This document shows positions 59,244 through 64,000 of a stretch of 64,000 bases of DNA, piece after piece (the first letter of the stretch is position 1; the number at the start of each line of letters is the position of its first letter). This DNA comes from Allomuricauda sp. Its GTDB lineage: Bacteria; Bacteroidota; Bacteroidia; Flavobacteriales; Flavobacteriaceae. Under the pieces are notes generated by a model. That model had not been told where the DNA came from, ran no database searches, and worked only from the letters and a program-made list of their open reading frames with translations. A program made the translations under genes and the position numbers. The stretch lies in NCBI GenBank assembly GCA_028284725.1, contig JANQRD010000205.1, forward strand, positions 2,117-66,116, given 5' to 3'.

Positions 59244-61022
59244 TTAAAGCCTTTTTAAAAGCAACAGCCTAAAGTCTATAGCCTCTGAGCCAGTTATTTT
59301 TGGAGCGGTCAATGCTAATGTTCCTTTTCCTTTCCTAAGTTCAATGGTCCCCATTTTTACAGGAATAAAGTCTTTGACATAGGATTCGATTCTCGGCGAC
59401 CTGTCATTTTCCATACCAGTCAGTGGCGGGTCATGAGGTTTATCGATGCTATGGAAGACTTCATTTTCACCCAAGCTTAATTTAATTTGAACGCCCTTGT
59501 TTTCAGGCTTGCATGTATAGTAAAGTTCGACCTCGAAAACACCGTTTTCCAACACTTCTACATCCCATGTTATGGAATCCTTGGTACTTGTCCAATTATA
59601 TAAAAAGGAATCGTTGGGGTACTTATTACTTCTTTTGATGTTTCCATGCGGTACGGCATCTCTTGCAGGTAAATGGGTGTATTCAGATTTTGGATGCCCT
59701 ACGGTGAAAGCTCGGGAATCCGATTTGGTATTTTGGTCAATAATCGTGGAAAGCCAATGTTCTTTGATTTTAATCAATGAATCAGTCAATTTGGGATGAC
59801 TTTTCGAGACATCTTGCTTTTGCCCTGGATCCGTTGTCATATTAAACAATTTGTTTTCATGATCTAATCGATAATCTTGGGTTCTCAAACTAGTTCTTCC
59901 ACCCCAGTGATGAAAGATAGGTCTTGATTGCCAGTCAGCATCTGCATCAAAAATGATAGGGGTCAAATCCTTTCCATCCAAATTGAGATTCTCGGGATAG
60001 CGAATCCCTGCCATAGCGGTCAATGTTGGTAGCAGGTCTATCGCCCCGGCAATCTTGTGAATTTTTCTTCCACTTTCAATTCTTTTTGGCCAATGCACAA
60101 AACAGGGAGATCTAACCCCACCTTCATCTGTGGAGCCCTTAATACCTTTCATGTCTCCATTCCATCTGTAACCATTGGGGCCATTATCGGATAAATAAAT
60201 GACTATGGTATTTTCTTCCAGTCCGGATTCTTTTAATTCTTCCATCAATCTCCCTACATTCCAATCAATGTTTTCTACCATGGACAAGGCTGCCCTTGTA
60301 AAGTTTTCGTCCTCAATTTCTTCTCTTCTAGATTTCATTGTTAACTCCTTGTCCCTAAACATGTTCCAGTGTTCATCTGGAACTTGCATGGGACTGTGCG
60401 GAGTATTTACAGGAATAGCTAAGAAAAATGGATTGTTTTGATTGCTTTTGATGAAAGCAATACCCCTATCGAAGAGGTCATTTGGGAGAAAGCCCCTTCC
60501 CCCCACAATCGCTCCGTTCTGCTCCAACATAGGACTGAAATAGTTTCCCCAATGACCTGAGCAAAATCCATAAAAATCATCAAAACCCCGTGAATTGGGA
60601 TGGTAAGGAGGTTGTGTCCCGTTATGCCATTTCCCATACAGGGCGGTGATATATCCTGCCGCCTTGAAAACTTCAGCAATTGTTGTCTCGTTCAAATTCA
60701 TTCGTTCTCCACCTGAAGAGGTAGCATAAATGCCCATTCGGGTTGCGTACCTTCCCGTGAGCAGTTCCGCTCGGGTAGGTGAGCATACAGGTTGTACATA
60801 AAAGTTCTCAAAAACAAGCCCATTTACGGCAAGGGCGTCGATATTGGGGGTAGATAAATTAGTATTTCCATTGTAGCTAAGATCTCCCCAACCTTGATCA
60901 TCTGCTAAGATTAGAATCACATTGGGATGGTCTTTTTTTTCAGGATTTTTGGGTGGTTCGGCGCACATCCAGAGCAACAGCGGGAGGAGTAATACAAGTG
61001 CAAAAAGGTTAAAAGGCTTCAT
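59244..61022 (-). CDS. S1 family arylsulfatase with C-terminal beta-sandwich
   Basis: ILADDQG, CSPTR..LLTG Cys-type signature, GKWH.G, PHSP, SDNG, EGGVR.P. Confidence 0.93.
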   Translation of the reverse strand: MKPFNLFALVLLLPLLLWMCAEPPKNPEKKDHPNVILILADDQGWGDLSYNGNTNLSTPNIDALAVNGLVFENFYVQPVCSPTRAELLTGRYATRMGIYATSSGGERMNLNETTIAEVFKAAGYITALYGKWHNGTQPPYHPNSRGFDDFYGFCSGHWGNYFSPMLEQNGAIVGGRGFLPNDLFDRGIAFIKSNQNNPFFLAIPVNTPHSPMQVPDEHWNMFRDKELTMKSRREEIEDENFTRAALSMVENIDWNVGRLMEELKESGLEENTIVIYLSDNGPNGYRWNGDMKGIKGSTDEGGVRSPCFVHWPKRIESGRKIHKIAGAIDLLPTLTAMAGIRYPENLNLDGKDLTPIIFDADADWQSRPIFHHWGGRTSLRTQDYRLDHENKLFNMTTDPGQKQDVSKSHPKLTDSLIKIKEHWLSTIIDQNTKSDSRAFTVGHPKSEYTHLPARDAVPHGNIKRSNKYPNDSFLYNWTSTKDSITWDVEVLENGVFEVELYYTCKPENKGVQIKLSLGENEVFHSIDKPHDPPLTGMENDRSPRIESYVKDFIPVKMGTIELRKGKGTLALTAPKITGSEAIDFRLLLLKRL

Positions 61023-61133
61023 GAAGCTAAAATTAACAACTAAAGCATCTATATTGTGATACTATTTTTTCTTTTTGGAATACAATTTTTGATAGATGTC
61101 CGAATGGTTACCCATTGAAACAAGCATCAAAAA

Positions 61134-62117
61134 CTACTTATCAGACACAAAAAATTCGAAGATGGTCTGATTCTGATAAGTTTCGCCGGGCAAAAGCAAT
61201 GCCGAAGGAAAATTCGGTTGGTTGGGAGCATCTGGATAGTTTTGAGTCTCAAAACAAATGGCCGGATATCTACCATATTTGGCATTGTCGACATAGTCCA
61301 GTGGAGGTAAATACTCTGGAGTAAATACGACCATCGCAGGTTGGTTGGTGGTTACGTTCATCCGAATACCGCTATGTTTGGAATACAGGCTGGCAACACA
61401 GTCGTAGCTTTTTTTCAAAACAAACGTATCATCAAGTCCTTTAAAGTTTTTTTCCAATGTTTGTGGCTGATTGAAATCAAATCGGGTGCTTTTGGTACTC
61501 CTTTTTTCTCCCGAAGGGAGAAGCTGCTCATTCACTTCCAGATAAGCATCACTATGGATTTGTAGGTCATTGTCTAAAATGGATCCCTCACCATCCAGAT
61601 TAAAATAGGAATGATTCGTTAAGTTTACCACCGTTGGTCTATCGGTTGTGGCTGTATAGGTTATGCGCACAGCATTGTTTTCCAATAGTTCATAAAGGGC
61701 TTTTACCTGAAGGTTTCCAGGATAATTTTCTTCTAGATGCTCACTTCGATAGGAGAACTGGACAGATTGATTTTCGTTTCTAATCAGCTTGTCAATGGTC
61801 CAGAATTTTTTGTCAAAACCTTCTTTTCCGCCATGTAAATGCACACCCTTAGTTGTATGGAGGGAATACTTTTTTCCTTCAATTATAAAAGACCCGCCAG
61901 AAATTCTACCTGCATACCTCCCTACGGTACAACCCAAAAAAGGGTCGTGGTCTAGATAGGGTGTTTTGGTGTAATCTTCGGGGGCTTGCAATCCCACTAC
62001 CACATTTACTGGCTTTCGGTTTTTATCGGGTACCCGGAGCGCTCCAATGGTTGCCCCAAAATTGGAAATAACCAATTCTACGCCTTGCGCATTGGTAAGT
62101 GAAATGACATCTAACAT
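61134..62117 (-). CDS. galM: Aldose 1-epimerase (mutarotase)
   Basis: GRYAGRI, HLHGG..GF, NLTNHSYFNL, CFETQ..PDAPN. Confidence 0.92.
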   Translation of the reverse strand: MLDVISLTNAQGVELVISNFGATIGALRVPDKNRKPVNVVVGLQAPEDYTKTPYLDHDPFLGCTVGRYAGRISGGSFIIEGKKYSLHTTKGVHLHGGKEGFDKKFWTIDKLIRNENQSVQFSYRSEHLEENYPGNLQVKALYELLENNAVRITYTATTDRPTVVNLTNHSYFNLDGEGSILDNDLQIHSDAYLEVNEQLLPSGEKRSTKSTRFDFNQPQTLEKNFKGLDDTFVLKKSYDCVASLYSKHSGIRMNVTTNQPAMVVFTPEYLPPLDYVDNAKYGRYPAICFETQNYPDAPNQPNFPSALLLPGETYQNQTIFEFFVSDK

Positions 62118-62275
62118 CTGTTTGGCCTAATCTTCTGGAAATTCTTATCTGAATCAATTGCTTGGAAGATAGTTATTTTCGTGTTTTTTATGTGCTTGCC
62201 AAACCGATTTTGATCAAACACAGGATTGTTTTTGGGATTGCGTTTATTTAATTGGAAATTAAGCGAGGTTAATTG

Positions 62276-62283
62276 TATATTTG
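62276..62283 (+). promoter_or_regulatory. Sigma-A -7 element (TATATTTG) of the tRNA gene
   Basis: TAnnTTTG match ending 14 nt before the tRNA. Confidence 0.65.
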
Positions 62284-62296
62284 CACCCGCAAAATA

Positions 62297-62370
62297 GGTC
62301 GCGTAGCTCAGCTGGATAGAGCATCTGCCTTCTAAGCAGACGGTCGCAGGTTCGAATCCTGCCGCGATCA
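62297..62370 (+). tRNA. tRNA-Arg(TCT)
   Basis: Cloverleaf: GGTCGCG/CGCGATC acceptor, TAGCTCAGCTGGATAGAGC D-arm, TCTGC-CTTCTAA-GCAGA anticodon arm, GGTTCGAATCC T-arm. CCA not encoded. Confidence 0.97.
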
Positions 62371-62392
62371 CATTGAAGATACTTCAATTATT

Positions 62393-62427
62393 AAAAAGCC
62401 CTAAAAATCAATTATTTAGGGCTTTTT
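62393..62427 (+). terminator. Bidirectional terminator-like inverted repeat after the tRNA
   Basis: AAAAAGCCCTAAA-9nt-TTTAGGGCTTTTT perfect inverted repeat. Confidence 0.75.
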
Positions 62428-62480
62428 CATTTTCTTTATATCCATTTGATTTCAAACGAAAACACTGGGCTTGGAGATCG

Positions 62481-62501
62481 ATTCGGTGACCAATTCGGTG
62501 A
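62481..62501 (+). repeat. Tandem direct repeat ATTCGGTGA x2, candidate integrase arm-binding sites
   Basis: ATTCGGTGA at 62481 and 62493, between the tRNA and the integrase remnant. Confidence 0.5.
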
Positions 62502-62611
62502 GCATTTTTATATCCTCAAAAGTGAGGTTCCGATGGTGTTAAATCAATGGAATGTCAATGTATAAGTCCATTTGTATAATGAAATCATAGTAGAATATGA
62601 AATAGTTAGAG

Positions 62612-62720
62612 ATGGGTAATTCCTTCAACATACTTTTTTACTTAAGAAAAAGAGGTAATAACCGTGGATTCAAACCGAGTGGAAATGAGTGTAAAACGAA
62701 AAGTTATGTCCGCTGAATGA
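62612..62720 (+). pseudogene. Frameshifted N-terminal remnant of a Bacteroidota tyrosine integrase (arm DNA-binding domain)
   Basis: One frame reads MGNSFNILFYLRKR; the +1 frame continues ITVDSNRVEMSVKRKVMSAE-stop. This matches the F.ILFY..K...RITV...R.E.S.KR.V...W pattern, with TGA at the Trp position. Confidence 0.65.
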
Positions 62721-62960
62721 AGCGTAATATGTTTGTGAATTCCAGAGACTTTTACAATCTCTTTTAGATATTGATTGGTCTTTTGATTGCCAGTGGATGG
62801 GAACCTCTTCTGCAACAAACGGGATGAAGCCCTTTTAATTTCTTTACCAAAATGCTTACGCTCAGTAATGTAGGATGTTTAGTGAGTAAATAATTCTAAC
62901 ATGGGGTTATTATCTGAGGGAGAGGTAAAAATGAAAAAAACAAGCACGTTTTGTGAACTA

Positions 62961-63557
62961 TTAAGTCTTTGGGTATTGGCGAAAACCAAATAGCAAGAAC
63001 AAGGTGATGTCCGATTTGTTGCCGACACTTTCACGAATTCGCGAAAACGCCATGGTAATATGCCTTTCAATAGTTTTAGGTGAAAGGTTTAAATAATTGG
63101 AAATCTCTATGTGTGTCAAGCCTTCTTTTTTGCTCATAAGAAAGACCTCTTTACATTTTGGCGGTAGTTCTTGTATGGCCTGTTTGACCATTGTTATGAG
63201 CCTCTCAAGTGAATCCTCATCTTTATCCTCAAAAATGGCGTCCAGTTCTTCAATATGTTTTCTCTTAAGAGAAGTGATCAATTTGTTTTTATGGAATTCG
63301 GTTATACAATCATTGTACACAGATTTATAGAGAAAACTTGTCAAAGGCAATTCGGGGTTAAGCTTTTTTCGTACTTCCCATACTTTTATGTAGACATTTT
63401 GGACAATATCCTCAGCCAATAAAATATCACCTACGAGACTGTTCGCATAAAGACACAACCTACGGTCATAGGTATCTATCAGATGCACATAGGCACTTTC
63501 ATCCCCCTCTTTTAATCGGTGTACCAGGCTTTGGTTATGCCCGCTATTGTCATTCAT
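62961..63557 (-). CDS. ECF sigma-70 factor (Bacteroidota sigma-70 ECF type)
   Basis: AEDIVQNVYIKVWE region 2; LPPKCKEVF.MSK.EGLTH.EI...L.LS.KT.E region 4. Confidence 0.93.
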   Translation of the reverse strand: MNDNSGHNQSLVHRLKEGDESAYVHLIDTYDRRLCLYANSLVGDILLAEDIVQNVYIKVWEVRKKLNPELPLTSFLYKSVYNDCITEFHKNKLITSLKRKHIEELDAIFEDKDEDSLERLITMVKQAIQELPPKCKEVFLMSKKEGLTHIEISNYLNLSPKTIERHITMAFSRIRESVGNKSDITLFLLFGFRQYPKT

Positions 63558-63698
63558 GCTTTGGTTAGTTTGGTTGAGTATGCCAAATTATCATATAGAA
63601 TCAAATATTAAAAAAAATTATCAAAAATTTAAAATAACCTACAAAAAATTGGGGGTATATCAAAAAAATCTGGTTATACATAAAGAACGTTAGCTTAT

Positions 63699-64000
63699 AT
63701 GGACTCGAAAAAACTTGAAAAACTTATTATCAGGTATCTTTCCAAGATCATTTCCAAAAAAGAATGGGGAGAGCTAAATTCATGGTTCGAAGAGTCCGGT
63801 GATTCTGATTTGTTTAGGGACTATTTAAAAGTAAATTACGCAATAGATTGTATAATGAGCGAGTTCGATAAGGAAAAAAAGAAAAAAATAGTTTTAGAGA
63901 AAATCAAGAAAGATAAAGCCATTGCCCGTAGACTAAAGCATTTGAATTATTTAAAATATGCTGCGGTCATTACAATAGCCTTTGGCATCTTGTATGCTGT
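63699..64000 (+). CDS. FecR-like anti-sigma factor (5' part, truncated by window end)
   Basis: Open frame MDSKKLEKLIIRYL...EL.SW...LKYAAVITIAFGILY; divergent from the ECF sigma factor. Confidence 0.8.
   Translation, partial: MDSKKLEKLIIRYLSKIISKKEWGELNSWFEESGDSDLFRDYLKVNYAIDCIMSEFDKEKKKKIVLEKIKKDKAIARRLKHLNYLKYAAVITIAFGILYA

Noticed and set aside
62111-62371. 86-aa minus-strand ORF
   Set aside because: It is the antisense reading of tRNA-Arg and its promoter.
1-64000. CRISPR array, intact transposase/IS, prophage or defence genes
   Set aside because: No regularly spaced repeats and no cas, transposase, phage or nuclease motifs were seen; the repeats present are protein-coding FG-GAP and Asp-box motifs.

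Overview
A 64-kb, carbohydrate-catabolism-dense region of a Bacteroidota genome, probably marine Flavobacteriaceae (SusC/SusD pairs, TAnnTTTG promoters, no Shine-Dalgarno motifs evident). (1) 1-37.2 kb is an amino-sugar polysaccharide utilisation locus (PUL). It has an AgaS/LacC/PfkB/class II aldolase tagatose-6-P route, an AgaR-like DeoR regulator, a NagX-like protein and susCD. Several enzymes cannot be assigned a substrate: an M20 hydrolase, an SDR plus DHDPS-like pair, two GH74-like propellers, a DUF4832-like barrel, a heme c/FG-GAP lipoprotein and an ASPIC/UnbV protein. No NagA/AgaA or classical hexosaminidase is visible. (2) 37.3-39.7 kb holds a membrane AraC sensor with a Cys/His domain and a divergent duplicated-domain protein. 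(3) 39.8-54.4 kb is a beta-mannan PUL (susCD, ASPIC/UnbV, GH26, GPH transporter, GH130, cellobiose 2-epimerase, AraC). (4) 54.5-62.1 kb is a GMC/Tat-subunit/TIM-barrel/GntP operon resembling the 3-ketoglycoside pathway, followed by a sulfatase and galM. (5) The end carries tRNA-Arg(TCT), a frameshifted remnant of an integrase arm-binding domain, and an ECF sigma/FecR pair. Also noted: GAGTTAGTT motifs before both susD terminators that are complementary to susC leaders. All product calls come from motif recognition only; no database searches were run.
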